DNA from: a virus
Taxonomy: Duplodnaviria; Caudoviricetes
Direction: 5' to 3' (one strand)
Length of the DNA stretch: 64,000 bases
IMG/VR virus record: IMGVR_UViG_3300033463_000032
Coordinates: 1 to 64,000 of that record
Shown: positions 18,401 to 28,555 of the stretch, piece by piece
Layout of the letters: the number at the start of each line of letters is the position of its first letter
Numbering within the stretch: position 1 is the stretch's first letter
The notes under the pieces: model-generated
Databases searched by the model: none
What the model was told of the DNA's origin: nothing
Seen by the model: only the letters and a program-made list of their open reading frames with translations
Made by a program: the position numbers and the translations under genes

Positions 18401-18513
18401 CTATTATGAATAGACCAAGACCTAATAACCAGAATAATAATCAGAACAATGGTAATGAAAATCTTTCTAATCCCTTTGCAGAAGATTCTATTAATGGTTT
18501 CTTAGCATGGTAA
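15421..18513 (+). CDS. Terminase large subunit containing an intein
   Basis: Spliced Walker A GG|SIGCGKST, Walker B ILDE, C-terminal nuclease (HFDCS, KVDHP..GSKDIADS). Confidence 0.92.
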   Translation: MTLNNEKIDKLLSTLSDSEQECVRTILKEYTKKGSSELLNGLYENDFTEVPVSIDEFIESDQYAGWFTGNGKQIFPYWRKKLREIFDEKNNYSEIVLGGCLTGDTVIPLLNGKKVTMSELVAIGDLDEYVYSYDLETNRYVPGHLVQAFSTGIKEVYEIILDDGSSFKATSTHKFLTRDKHWKSIDTGLSIGDSLMPLYRTINENGYEVIQHPQKDGSYVEEFTHKMVLNNKRGDSENLFVTHHRDENKLNNDPRNLLAVDRHKHWLYHAHHGGTHFKNFNDDRKNGRLSSEQYAYLLESAKKGCISRWSIEEEHQKMSNLTTKRMNSGLAKYMSDKAKSSEYCIKKRSEKISKQNTDSSMIFAQQVAKACKISRLAIDIYGELSEQTYNQIRKDYGFKCGYPAYKSIIARISNEELYDRAVNYNHRIVSITRIGYEEVYDLTVEKYHNFCLDCGIVAHNSIGCGKSTIAVIGLAYSLYWLMCLKDPNPYFGLGRGDTIYIVFFNATLQLSRGVAYSKFQDLLQHSPWFLARGTISGTKYLEYTPNKTENSHIAFTVGSQPEHSLGKAIAGGILDECNFTKGANIEIEKSKIMETYTSVLARIKSRFIVGGKVRGRLFLVSSKKSEYDFIEAYVRKVKGNPGVYIAEARLYELKAVAFSGEKFRVAVGGSNLPSRIIPDDEDSETYIAQGYEIEAVPIELKQDFQLDMTRALRDHCGIAVSGVTRFIAYTSLEKCIIPQKNPFKSNVIYVGMLDQLKYEDFFEPHLVPQEIYTKPLFIHFDCSLTGDRTGISCIAVLGYTNREGYDSFTGEHVEIRELAFRQVFSLGIQCPSGSEISFRKNREFIYYLKYTLGWNIKGISLDSFQSADLKQSFITAGFEDTSIVSLDRKPDGYQFFKTALIERRIQVLSNQQELFKEIVDLKQDNLTGKVDHPIDGSKDIADSFAGAIYNASLHDGQFAFHLVDNAMLFGEVNDVPLDDTVDFVNGLISNPNNAIMNRPRPNNQNNNQNNGNENLSNPFAEDSINGFLAW
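15718..16800 (+). mobile_element. Intein (361 aa) with HNH endonuclease, inserted in the terminase P-loop
   Basis: CLTGDT start, TSTHKF block B, HHRDENKLNNDPRNL, VYDLTVEKYHNF...HN|S end. Confidence 0.93.
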
Positions 18514-18693
18514 TATTTTTATTTTTATTTCCCTCTTGTTTACTTATACCTCACAATGTAATAATATAAGATTAATTCTATATCTATGCATTATGTTCCT
18601 TTTTCTTGTTCCTTTAATGCATATTTATTATTATTTCTTTATTTTTAATTATTATGTTGTTTATTCCTACTGTTTATAAGGAGTTTGTTTTAT

Positions 18694-20511
18694 ATGGCTA
18701 ATAACAGTTTTGCTAAATCATTCTTTGAAGATTTCCTTAAGATCCGTATTAAGGGTAAGCCAGGTAAGGAATCTGAAATAGGTATTGCTTCTCCTAAGAA
18801 CACTATTGCTAGTCAACTTGAAGAATTGTCAGATGCTGGTCAGTTTGTTAATACATCTGAATTCCAATCATTCCGTACATTAGGTTCTGATAGAAATGAA
18901 CAGTATAGAATGTTTGATGAAATGGCCAATGATTCTATTATAGCTTCTGCTTTGGAATTATATGCAGATGATAGTACACAGTATAATGCTAAAGGTCAGG
19001 TTATATGGGCAGAATCAGAAGATACTAATGTAGCAGCATTTGCTAATAGACTTCTTGAAGTGTTGAAGATCCAGGATAATGCTTGGTCACATATTTATAA
19101 CTTAGGTAAGTATGGTGATGTTTATATTCAGTTATTCAAAGATGATGAGGTATATGATGATCCATTGATTAAGAATATTAATAGAACCAATGTTGATACT
19201 GTTTCTAATAGAAAAGGTGCTATCTATGAAGAATATGTAGAAAGAGTATCAAATCCTGCAGAAATGTTTGATCTGTCTTTTAGAGGCAAAACAGTAGGAT
19301 ATGTTGGTGTAACACTCTATGATAATTCAGATCAACAGACTGTATTTCAACAATATCAATACAGTACCAATGATAATAATATCAGAGTGTATGATCCGGA
19401 TAAATTTATCCATATTATGCTTAATAATGATACTGATAGATTTCCGGAAAAGATGACATTAGATTTTGGTAGTACTTCTGAAAAAGAACTCAATGTATCT
19501 ACATACAATGTAAAACGTGGTAAATCAATTCTTCAAGATGTATATAAGATCTATAGAGAAATCCAGTTAATGGAAGATTCTCTTTTACTTAACCGTGTTA
19601 CAAGATCTTCTATTATCAGATTACTTCAAATAGAAGTAGGTGATATGCCTGAACCAAAGGTTAAGTTATTACTTGAAAGATTTAAGAGATTAATAGAACA
19701 AAAGAACTATCTGGATAAAGAAGGTGGTGGTAAGTTTTCTAATGCTGCTACACCAGGTCCTATAGATAATGTTCTTTATATCCCTACACATGATGGTAAA
19801 GGTGCTGTGTCTATGTCTAACCTTGGTGGTGATGTAGATGTTAAATCCATTACTGATGTAGATTACTTTAAGAATAAGCTTTATGGTGGTCTTAAGATTC
19901 CTAAACAATTCTTAGGTGATACTGATGATGCTGCCGGGTTTAGTGGTGGTACATCTCTTACTAAACTTGATAGCAGATATGCCAGAACAATTAAAAGAAT
20001 ACAAAATGCATATATAACAGGTATCACTACTCTTATTAATCTTTTTGCTTTAAATAGAGGATTCCCGGACTATATAAATAACTTTACCATTCGTATGGTA
20101 TCACCTGCTACAACAGAAGATGCTGAAAGAGATGAATCCTTAAGTACTAAGATTGATATAGCTGATAGGTTCTTAGGCCTTATCCCGGAAGATATGGTTA
20201 AACCTCAAACAAGAAAGGATATGCTTGTATTCTTAGTATCTAATTATCTTAGTGAACCAGAACTTGCACAAATGCTTGAAGAAGATACATTACTTCAAGA
20301 ACTTAAGGATGAAGAAGAACAGGAACTTGATATGACTTCTAATGGTGAAGGTGGTAGGGGTCCTAGTGGTCCATCATTTGATATGGACTTTGGTGGATCT
20401 GGTGAAGAAGATTTTGGAGAACCAGAAGGTTTTGGTGAAGAACCTGGTGGTACAGAAGAATTAGATTTAGGTGGAGAACCTGAATTGGATATGAGTGATA
20501 TAGAAATATAA
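18694..20511 (+). CDS. Portal protein (T4 gp20-like)
   Basis: IASALELYADD, LMEDSLLLNRVTRS, IEVGDMP, DVDYFKNKLYGGLKIPK; follows terminase. Confidence 0.9.
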   Translation: MANNSFAKSFFEDFLKIRIKGKPGKESEIGIASPKNTIASQLEELSDAGQFVNTSEFQSFRTLGSDRNEQYRMFDEMANDSIIASALELYADDSTQYNAKGQVIWAESEDTNVAAFANRLLEVLKIQDNAWSHIYNLGKYGDVYIQLFKDDEVYDDPLIKNINRTNVDTVSNRKGAIYEEYVERVSNPAEMFDLSFRGKTVGYVGVTLYDNSDQQTVFQQYQYSTNDNNIRVYDPDKFIHIMLNNDTDRFPEKMTLDFGSTSEKELNVSTYNVKRGKSILQDVYKIYREIQLMEDSLLLNRVTRSSIIRLLQIEVGDMPEPKVKLLLERFKRLIEQKNYLDKEGGGKFSNAATPGPIDNVLYIPTHDGKGAVSMSNLGGDVDVKSITDVDYFKNKLYGGLKIPKQFLGDTDDAAGFSGGTSLTKLDSRYARTIKRIQNAYITGITTLINLFALNRGFPDYINNFTIRMVSPATTEDAERDESLSTKIDIADRFLGLIPEDMVKPQTRKDMLVFLVSNYLSEPELAQMLEEDTLLQELKDEEEQELDMTSNGEGGRGPSGPSFDMDFGGSGEEDFGEPEGFGEEPGGTEELDLGGEPELDMSDIEI

Positions 20512-20575
20512 TTAGATAGATACCTGTCTATATGTTAAAGTATAGATGGGTATCAATGTATTATAGGTGGTTCAT

Positions 20576-21808
20576 ATGATAACTGTTTTAAATGAAATGG
20601 CTTGGATAGATTACAATGCTAATAAGGACAATGCTGTTAGAAAGGATTGTACTATCAGAGCATTATCTTTAGCCTATGACATTCCATATGAGAAAGTATC
20701 TAAAGAGTTCAGAGGACATGCTAGAGGTGAAAAATATCAATTCAATACTAAAGATAATTTGGAATGGTATATTTCAGAACATGGATATGAAGGTAAAGAA
20801 CCATTTGTTTTATCAGAACCAATGACAGTATCTGAATTTGAAGAAACACATCCAGATGGTACATATTTATTACTTACCGGAAGAGATGCTGTTTCTGGTC
20901 CTTCTTATGGAGCATATTACAGTCATATTGTTTGTTGTATCAATGGTAATGTTTATGATTCTTGGAATTCAGAAAATCAATATGTTAAGTATGTATGTAC
21001 TGTAGATGCCAATCATTCAGATCAAATAACTTCTGAAAGATATTCAAAAGAAGAAATAGAGTATCTTACTAAGCAAGTACTAGAGTTAGCAGTAAGGGAT
21101 TATCTGTTATCCAGAGATGGTAAGGATTTTAATTTAATCGATTATCAAGGTATCATTATCTATAGTGATAATACTCAATATAATTTTTACTACACCACTT
21201 ATATAAAATATATCAGAATTCCTAATGTTACTTGTTTTACAATTCGTTGTTCTGATCTATACACTTGTACTATTTACTATAAGATCAATACAGTTGCTGC
21301 TAAAGAAACGCCTATTTTTTTAAGTAGTGCTTTAAAACAAGAAGCACATGAAGGAACGATAGTTATTAAGTTTTCACCTAAGATGAATAATGATGATATT
21401 GGAAAGGAAATAGAAAAGAAAGTACCATCTGGTATAAAGAAGTTAGCCAAATTATTAACCAGTGAAGAAGAACTATATAGTAAGGCTACATCTGGCAGTA
21501 TGTGGGATGAATTTCCTTTATTAAACTATGATGCTTGTTATGGTAATGATAATCAGATTTATAAGTTATTAAAGAATTGTAGTGATGGTATTAAAGAAAA
21601 TGTAATTAGTGTTGAATATTCTAGTTATAACAAGGAATGGGATGTAATGATAAAACCAGATCCTAGTATTACTAAGTTTAATAAGATTCATTTGTTTGGT
21701 AAAAATGCTAAACAGATAAAAGCTTGTTATGATGACTATATGAAAGAAGTACAAGAAGGTAAGGTGTGGAGCAGTTATTACTATTATGATTTCATAAAGG
21801 GTGATTAA
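20576..21808 (+). CDS. MITVLNE-leader protein with N-terminal papain/C39-like domain
   Basis: DCTIRALS...HIVCC..G.VYDSW (Cys/His/Asp). Confidence 0.6.
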   Translation: MITVLNEMAWIDYNANKDNAVRKDCTIRALSLAYDIPYEKVSKEFRGHARGEKYQFNTKDNLEWYISEHGYEGKEPFVLSEPMTVSEFEETHPDGTYLLLTGRDAVSGPSYGAYYSHIVCCINGNVYDSWNSENQYVKYVCTVDANHSDQITSERYSKEEIEYLTKQVLELAVRDYLLSRDGKDFNLIDYQGIIIYSDNTQYNFYYTTYIKYIRIPNVTCFTIRCSDLYTCTIYYKINTVAAKETPIFLSSALKQEAHEGTIVIKFSPKMNNDDIGKEIEKKVPSGIKKLAKLLTSEEELYSKATSGSMWDEFPLLNYDACYGNDNQIYKLLKNCSDGIKENVISVEYSSYNKEWDVMIKPDPSITKFNKIHLFGKNAKQIKACYDDYMKEVQEGKVWSSYYYYDFIKGD

Positions 21809-21809
21809 T

Positions 21810-21974
21810 ATGATTGAAATACAGATTGAAGATTATTACATTCCTATGAAAGATTTTGATAAGTATGCTAAAGAAAGGGAAAGGTATCTTAATTCTATTG
21901 ATAAGGAATGTGGTACACAGTTTACTGTTAAGAACTGGAAACAGGTAATGAAGAAAGGGGATTCTGATAAATGA
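21810..21974 (+). CDS. Small protein (MIEIQIE leader)
   Basis: Read by eye; GGGTG RBS. Confidence 0.55.
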   Translation: MIEIQIEDYYIPMKDFDKYAKERERYLNSIDKECGTQFTVKNWKQVMKKGDSDK

Positions 21975-22492
21975 AAGATTTAGATTATGAAGATCATTTT
22001 GATGATAAGGAAGATGAGATAGAACCGGAAGAAGATGGTTACGAAGAAGATGATGTGCTTTTAGAAGAAGCTCCATATACTAACAAGGATCTTGCTTTAG
22101 CAGTAGTTGATATGTTTAATAGCGATCAAACTGAAATGTGGGAAGTTGCCGTATATGATCTTCTTGATTCCGGATTATTAGATGATATGTCTGATATGGA
22201 TTATGACAGATGGATAACAGATAATGATTCATCAGTCATTCAAGATTATATTGAAGATAATCCAGATATGGCCAAAGAGATCTTTAAGGTTGTAGCAAAT
22301 GCATATGGTTATAAGAATTATACAGACTATAAGACTTATAATGACTATGTATCTACAGAAGGTGAACAAGAAGAAATAGGAGCATTTAGGGAAGCAACTA
22401 ATTGTGGTGCTGTTGCTAATGTACCAGGAAAACATATTAGGATTGATATAGATGAAGATGAATATGATATTCCTGATGAACTGAATGATTAA
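21971..22492 (+). CDS. Highly acidic hypothetical protein
   Basis: ORF track. Confidence 0.7.
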   Translation: MKDLDYEDHFDDKEDEIEPEEDGYEEDDVLLEEAPYTNKDLALAVVDMFNSDQTEMWEVAVYDLLDSGLLDDMSDMDYDRWITDNDSSVIQDYIEDNPDMAKEIFKVVANAYGYKNYTDYKTYNDYVSTEGEQEEIGAFREATNCGAVANVPGKHIRIDIDEDEYDIPDELND

Positions 22493-22703
22493 ATATATTA
22501 ACATTTTCTTTTTTATATGATATAAAGGACTTAGAGAATATCTTTTCTTTATTTATATATTAGGACATTTAGAAATCCTAATTCTAAAAATAACCAATTA
22601 AATAACTCCTAATGATATATGGCGCAATATAACTAACTACTTTCTTAATCTCCTCCTTCTACTTAAGAAAGTAGTTTAGTTATATTTAATTGAGGTGGAT
22701 GGT

Positions 22704-22979
22704 ATGAAGATTAATTTAAGTGAAGGGAGTTCAACATATCCGGTTCCCTGGATGGATTATTATGTTGACATAATGAACCTTTTAGATCATGTTGCTTTAA
22801 GTGACAGAGATCTTACGGAAGAAGAAATTGACAGATTAGAATTTTTATCAGACCATGGTGGTGGAAATATCCCGGATATAGCTGATGCTAATGATTGTGG
22901 ATATTGTGATACCTGGGATGATCTTGTTTATGCATTAAGGGATTTACATAGAACCGGTGAAAGAATTTCGATTAATTAA
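22704..22979 (+). CDS. Acidic protein (MKINLSE leader)
   Basis: GAGGTG RBS. Confidence 0.65.
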   Translation: MKINLSEGSSTYPVPWMDYYVDIMNLLDHVALSDRDLTEEEIDRLEFLSDHGGGNIPDIADANDCGYCDTWDDLVYALRDLHRTGERISIN

Positions 22980-23014
22980 AAATAAAATATAAAATAAGGT
23001 AAAGGAAAAGAAAT

Positions 23015-23341
23015 ATGGACACACTTTCAAAAATAATCGATATTTGTCTTGCTGCTGGATTACCGGTTCTGGGTGGTGCAATGTGGATTGGTTTTAAGAT
23101 TGTTATTAAGAATGTTAAAGCAGTTAAGCTAGGTACACAAGCATCATTAAGAAATTCAATGGTACAGATGTGGGAAACCTATTCTGCATTAGGTTATGCT
23201 CCTATTCATGTTAAAGATGATTTTGAGAATGTATATCAGAATTATCACGCATTAGGGGTTAATGGAGTAATGGATAGTTTAAGAACAAAGTTTCTGGAAC
23301 TTCCTACCAGTCCTGATGATAAGACAGGTAATTTAGGATAA
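23015..23341 (+). CDS. Membrane-anchored, holin-associated-type phage protein
   Basis: N-terminal TM; LR....Y...GY......ENVYQNYHALGVNG motif. Confidence 0.6.
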   Translation: MDTLSKIIDICLAAGLPVLGGAMWIGFKIVIKNVKAVKLGTQASLRNSMVQMWETYSALGYAPIHVKDDFENVYQNYHALGVNGVMDSLRTKFLELPTSPDDKTGNLG

Positions 23342-23353
23342 GGAGTTATATAC

Positions 23354-23779
23354 ATGCTTAAGGTAGAAATTGAAACAACTAGAAAAGGCATAGATCAAAG
23401 AAGAAAGGATCTTTATGCCAGAACAAGACAGAAATTATCAGATATTGGTGATAGAGAACCCACTAATCTTGCCAGAGATTTAAGAGGTATCTTACCGGAT
23501 AATGATTATGATAATTATCGTAGAGAAACGGAAGAACTTAATTGTATTGATATGATCCATTCCATTCTCACATATTCAGATCCTAGTACTTGGACCGTAG
23601 ATGATATAATGGAAAACAGATACATAAAAAAGTACATTGATATATTAGGTAAGATCAGAGTTGCTACATTAATTCAAAAAGAGATAGCTGAATATATGGA
23701 TGTTGAAATAACCAAAGATACCTACATAGATAGTGAAGGTGTAGCATATAATTCAGTAAGGTTTAAAGATGATATTTAA
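23354..23779 (+). CDS. MLKVEIE-leader protein, paralog of the N-terminal domain of 39466-40485
   Basis: Shared CIDM.HSILTYSDP.TWTVD.I and Y.DSEG..YNSVRF.DD. Confidence 0.75.
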   Translation: MLKVEIETTRKGIDQRRKDLYARTRQKLSDIGDREPTNLARDLRGILPDNDYDNYRRETEELNCIDMIHSILTYSDPSTWTVDDIMENRYIKKYIDILGKIRVATLIQKEIAEYMDVEITKDTYIDSEGVAYNSVRFKDDI

Positions 23780-23796
23780 TAAGGTGGTAGTATTTT

Positions 23797-24114
23797 ATGA
23801 AACTTTATTTCACAGAAACAGGATTAGATAATATTTCTACTTGGCTTACCGGAACAGCAGCACAACAATCTACTGCTACATTTACTGAAACTGATGTAAT
23901 GGAAAAGACTTATTCATTTGACCAGTTAGATCAGGTATATGGTTTTATGGGTGAATGGTCTAGTGCTTCAAATGATCGTAAGAAAGAGATTGTTGCTATC
24001 CTTAATACATGGTATGTTGCTACATCTATTCCTAGTGCTGATGATATAGAAGATATGTATCATCAACAGATAATTAATGCTAGAGATAACTATACTTTAG
24101 GTGGTATAGTTTGA
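23797..24114 (+). CDS. Hypothetical protein (MKLYFTE leader)
   Basis: ORF track. Confidence 0.65.
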   Translation: MKLYFTETGLDNISTWLTGTAAQQSTATFTETDVMEKTYSFDQLDQVYGFMGEWSSASNDRKKEIVAILNTWYVATSIPSADDIEDMYHQQIINARDNYTLGGIV

Positions 24115-24207
24115 TTTTTGATATAAAAAGCAATGGATCTGATATATTCTATTGCTTTTATTTTATATATTAGAATTATTAATTTGTTTAAAAGGAGAAT
24201 AACTAGT

Positions 24208-24417
24208 ATGGTTAGAATTACGTTAGACGAAAGTAAAGCAATTGATGAGAGCAAGGTTATTATGCCTAAGTCTTATATTTCAAAGAAGATCCAGGATTTA
24301 AGTGATAGGGATTTTAAGAGGGTACAGGCTGTTTATGATATGGAAGGTACTGATGACTATGATTTATTATCTCCAGATGCTAAACTCCAAGTTTCAAGAA
24401 TTGTAAGAGGTTTCTAA
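24208..24417 (+). CDS. Small protein (MVRITLDES leader)
   Basis: AAGGAG RBS before ATG 24208. Confidence 0.65.
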   Translation: MVRITLDESKAIDESKVIMPKSYISKKIQDLSDRDFKRVQAVYDMEGTDDYDLLSPDAKLQVSRIVRGF

Positions 24418-24419
24418 TT

Positions 24420-25079
24420 ATGTACGCAAGAAATAACAACTCAGGTTATTTATCCGGTGATCCTAATGATTATCTTTATATGGATATTGATGATGCTTTT
24501 TCCGGATATAAAGAATGGCTTACTTATGATGAAATGCGTAAAGAAGCCAGTGGTTTGAAGTATGATTGTTTTACTGATGATACCTGTTATGGATATAACT
24601 GGGATTATGATATGGAGCATTACATACCTGCATTAAAAGAATATGCTAATGCTACATTCTATAATGATCAAAAAGGTGAAGTTGATTTCTTTGATATGTT
24701 CAAACAAGAACTTTCTTATGGTGATTTCCCAGATTTTGAAGATGATGAATGGTGGGATTATGATAATGAAATCATTCAAGAAGGTGAAGATCGATATAAT
24801 TACGGAAGTAATATAAAAGATACTGCTGAATTTGAAGAACAACTTCGTGATGCTCTTTTAGTAGATGATGATATTCAAGAATTAGCTAAAAATGCTTCCA
24901 TTGATTTTGAACAATTCTGTGATGAAATTGCTTGGGATGTATGTAATTCAGGATATAATTTCTTGTTAAGAGCAAATATAATGTCACCATCTTATAGAGT
25001 TGAAGTTGGTGGACAGCACTATGATGTAGATGCTGATCTTGTTTGGGATATAGCACAAAGTTTAGCAGATGTATATTAA
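24420..25079 (+). CDS. Highly acidic hypothetical protein (possible DNA mimic)
   Basis: D/E/Y-rich. Confidence 0.65.
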   Translation: MYARNNNSGYLSGDPNDYLYMDIDDAFSGYKEWLTYDEMRKEASGLKYDCFTDDTCYGYNWDYDMEHYIPALKEYANATFYNDQKGEVDFFDMFKQELSYGDFPDFEDDEWWDYDNEIIQEGEDRYNYGSNIKDTAEFEEQLRDALLVDDDIQELAKNASIDFEQFCDEIAWDVCNSGYNFLLRANIMSPSYRVEVGGQHYDVDADLVWDIAQSLADVY

Positions 25080-25098
25080 TTATTAAGAGGTGAATAAT

Positions 25099-25866
25099 AT
25101 GTCACATATAAGTATTTATCTTACCAATCTCGGTAAATACAATGAAGGTGAACTTGTAGGTGAATGGGTAGACCTTCCAGTATCTGATGAAGAACTCCAG
25201 GAAGTCTATAAGAGAATTGGTATTAGTGATGAACCGGATGAAGATGGTAATTACTATGAAGAATATTTCATTACTGATTATGAATCTGATATTCCTGGAT
25301 TACATATTGATGAATATGATTCTATTTCTAGTCTTAATGAATTAGCAGAGGCAGTAGATGATCTTGATGATTATGATCTTAAGATCTTTAAGAACGCAGT
25401 AGAAGCTGGTTACATTGATGCTGATGATATTGCTGATTTTGATCCTGATGATTTCTATCTTTATGAAGGTGTAGATTCTGATTCTGAATTAGGTGAAATT
25501 ATTATAGATGAACTTTACGGTTCTCCATCTGGATTGGATTCTGATACTCTTGAAAGATATTTTGACTATGATGCATATGGTAGAGATATTCGTTTAGAGT
25601 TTGATCCGTATTCTTGGGTTGATGATGAAGAAGAAGCTAAAGAACGTTTTGGTGTAGAAGATATTGGTGAGATTGATGCATATGATTATTTTGATGTTTC
25701 AAGTGATTATGCATTAGGTGAACATTTTGTTGATAATCTCTACGGTAGTCTTTCTGAATTAGGAAAAGACACATTGGAAAAATATTTTGATTATGATTCT
25801 TATGGTAGAGATTGTGCATATGATGGTTGTTATACCGAAGATGGTTTTCTTTGGGATAGGAGATAA
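25099..25866 (+). CDS. ardA: Antirestriction protein ArdA with duplicated C-terminal module
   Basis: IYLTNLGKYNEGELVGEW.DLP, YEEYFITDYE, YFDYD.YGRD twice. Confidence 0.9.
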   Translation: MSHISIYLTNLGKYNEGELVGEWVDLPVSDEELQEVYKRIGISDEPDEDGNYYEEYFITDYESDIPGLHIDEYDSISSLNELAEAVDDLDDYDLKIFKNAVEAGYIDADDIADFDPDDFYLYEGVDSDSELGEIIIDELYGSPSGLDSDTLERYFDYDAYGRDIRLEFDPYSWVDDEEEAKERFGVEDIGEIDAYDYFDVSSDYALGEHFVDNLYGSLSELGKDTLEKYFDYDSYGRDCAYDGCYTEDGFLWDRR

Positions 25867-25869
25867 TGT

Positions 25870-26070
25870 ATGAAAACATATAGTCTTTCTGTAGATCAAA
25901 TGAGGAATATGCTAGTAAATGATACAGCAGTAGTATCAGAAGAAGCAGTAGATCTTGTTTGCCAGATCAATGGTTATTCAGTAGATACAATGTATGACAT
26001 TTTATATGCTACTACTGGATATAGATCTTTTGGTCAATTAGCAGAAGAGTATGGTTTAAATGATTACTGA
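25870..26070 (+). CDS. Hypothetical protein
   Basis: ORF track. Confidence 0.6.
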   Translation: MKTYSLSVDQMRNMLVNDTAVVSEEAVDLVCQINGYSVDTMYDILYATTGYRSFGQLAEEYGLNDY

Positions 26071-26079
26071 TAGGAGATA

Positions 26080-26337
26080 ATGTTTATGACAGTTAGTGAT
26101 TTTTTAAATACCTGTGAGTATATAGACATTCCGGTTGGTATACTTGCTCAAACAGATGATATGGATATTTCATATGGTACAGATGAAGTGATCTTTGATT
26201 GTGAATCATATCCATGTGATATCCCGGAAAACCTCTTAAGTCTTGAAGTTGATTTCTTTATTGTAGAAGAATATCAAGGTAAGACTTATTTTAAGATCTT
26301 TACAAATGGATTAGCATCTAAACTTAGAAGATACTAA
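26080..26337 (+). CDS. Acidic hypothetical protein
   Basis: AGGAG RBS. Confidence 0.6.
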   Translation: MFMTVSDFLNTCEYIDIPVGILAQTDDMDISYGTDEVIFDCESYPCDIPENLLSLEVDFFIVEEYQGKTYFKIFTNGLASKLRRY

Positions 26338-26355
26338 TTAGAAAGGAAATAATAT

Positions 26356-26571
26356 ATGATTGAAGTTATAAACGAAGCAAATAATCTGGTTACAACAGAT
26401 GAAGAGATCATTCTTAAAAAGGGTCCTTGGACTTTAATAGCAGATACCACATTTGGTGATACCAATGAATATCTCATTCTTAAAGATGATGATGTTGTAA
26501 TGTCGGTAAGAGCTGATTCAGATGATAAGGCTATTGAAAGATTTAACAGATACCTTCAAAGAGGATATTAA
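26356..26571 (+). CDS. Small protein (MIEVINE leader)
   Basis: AAAGGA RBS. Confidence 0.65.
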   Translation: MIEVINEANNLVTTDEEIILKKGPWTLIADTTFGDTNEYLILKDDDVVMSVRADSDDKAIERFNRYLQRGY

Positions 26572-26594
26572 TTTAATGAAAGGTTGTTCATACT

Positions 26595-27071
26595 ATGAAG
26601 ACTATAAATAAGAATAGTGCATATGCATATCTCAATAGGATCAAAACAGAAAGTAATGGTAAGATAAATGTTTCTCATATGATGCATAAAGTAGCAGAGA
26701 ATACAGAAGTACCTACAGAAGTATTGATCTTTATTAACAGACATATAGGTTTACCGCAGTTATTCACATACAATGAGATATATGACAGAAGAAGAACATC
26801 ACCATTGTATAAGAACCTGGTAAATGAAAATCTGGATGATGAAAATAAGGCCATTGCTTTAAGTTCGTTATTAACACAAACATTCATACATTCTAAGCAA
26901 TTAGTAAATGAAGGAAAAAGATCAGATGCTATAGAATATGCTGAGATTATGAATGTTTCCACTATTACAGAAGCATTGAATGAGTATGCTGCCGGAGATC
27001 CTAAAAAGTTAAATGAGGTTTTCCAAGATGTTAGGAAAGTCTTTAAATATTTAGTAAATGAAAAAGCATAA
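26595..27071 (+). CDS. Hypothetical protein
   Basis: ORF track. Confidence 0.7.
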   Translation: MKTINKNSAYAYLNRIKTESNGKINVSHMMHKVAENTEVPTEVLIFINRHIGLPQLFTYNEIYDRRRTSPLYKNLVNENLDDENKAIALSSLLTQTFIHSKQLVNEGKRSDAIEYAEIMNVSTITEALNEYAAGDPKKLNEVFQDVRKVFKYLVNEKA

Positions 27072-27085
27072 AGGAGACTATATTT

Positions 27086-28163
27086 ATGTTAGTAGATGAA
27101 GTATTTGAAGCTATAGTTAATGAATCCGGTGAAGGCCTTAGTGATGAAGAGTTTCTTGATCTTATGGATATGCTTTTAAAACAGGCGAATACACTAGGCA
27201 GACATTACCAAACTGTAGGTGAATGGATTGATGAGTGTGTTGATGAGATTAGAGAAAATTTGGAAGGAGAGTATTAATTATGTCATATGGTAATATAACA
27301 CCAAAAGTTTATGAACAATGTAAGAAGGTTTATAAAGAACTTGATACATTAATTAAGCTTATAGGATTGGAATATGATTTTGATTCTGATGAATATATCT
27401 GTACTAACACAGATCAGGTAGATGAAGATTGGTGTGATAGAGAAATGTTATCAAGTATTGATACTGCATATGCTGATCTTAAATATTTTTTAAGTTAATG
27501 GAGAATAAAGAACATGGATCATTACAAATTTGAAGATGGTGAATATTTAGTTATTCTTTCTGATGAAAATGGAGACTATGATTGTTATACTTGCAATTCT
27601 GAAATAGAAGTGTTTGAGGTTCTTTCAAAAAGAATATTAGATGAACTGGAATATTTATTTTATGAAGAGGCATTTACAGATGAAATTTTCTGGACTGCTG
27701 ATGATAAGGATTTTGCAGAAACCATTAGGAACACTGGCGTAATTAAAGATTATGATGTAATTAAAGATGCATATGAAACATTCTTTGCTGATGGTTGGTC
27801 TTATCTTGTTATGGATGATTATGGTAGTGTTATTGCATCTAGGAGAATTTAATTATGAAAGATTTTAGTGTAAAAGGTAAAGATGGTTATTATTTCCTTA
27901 AGAGTAATGATGAAGGTTATTATCTTGAAACAGATCAGCATAGATATGATTTTTATGAATTAGTTCCTATAGGAGCAACAAAAGATATTACAAGTGATAT
28001 GGTTATGATTGTTTGTGATGATTATGATAAAAATCCAGATTCTTTTACTGAAATCATAGGTTGGGAATTTGGAGCTTTGGATTTTCCTAATACATATTCA
28101 TGGGATCATATTGCAGAAATGATAGAAAACTATGAAAAGACTGGTAAAGCAATGAGGATTTAA
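27086..28163 (+). CDS. Four tandem small acidic genes (27086-27277, 27280-27498, 27514-27852, 27855-28163)
   Basis: ORF track; GGAG RBSs; tightly packed. Confidence 0.65.
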
Positions 28164-28165
28164 TT

Positions 28166-28549
28166 ATGATCACAGTATTAGAAAGTAAAAACAAGTGGAA
28201 TTTCAAGTATGTAAATGAAGAATATACAGGTGGTGGAATTTCTCTTTTCTATGGTCAGTTAGCGGATGGTACTTACTTCTTAGGTGATGATGATATGTAT
28301 GATGTAAGATTACTTGATTCTGATCCACAAGCAGAAGCTAGAAATGGATATTATGATTTTGTATCTGATGATCCTGCTTGGCAAGAAGAACATCTTGTAA
28401 GAGATCTTAATACAGAAACAGAAAGTCCAGATTTTTGGTTAGCATTATATGATTTTTGTAAAAAGAATGATTCCATTACAAGTGCTTATGGTATTGATGA
28501 ACATATTGATGAAATAAAGGAATTAAAGAAAACACCAGGTTGGAGATAA
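28166..28549 (+). CDS. Acidic protein (MITVLES leader)
   Basis: EYTGGGI..FYGQL.DG motif. Confidence 0.7.
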   Translation: MITVLESKNKWNFKYVNEEYTGGGISLFYGQLADGTYFLGDDDMYDVRLLDSDPQAEARNGYYDFVSDDPAWQEEHLVRDLNTETESPDFWLALYDFCKKNDSITSAYGIDEHIDEIKELKKTPGWR

Positions 28550-28555
28550 TAAAGT

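Noticed and set aside
18415-18690. Asn-rich terminase tail and T-rich intergenic tract as a repeat element or origin
   Set aside because: Low complexity only; no defined repeat unit
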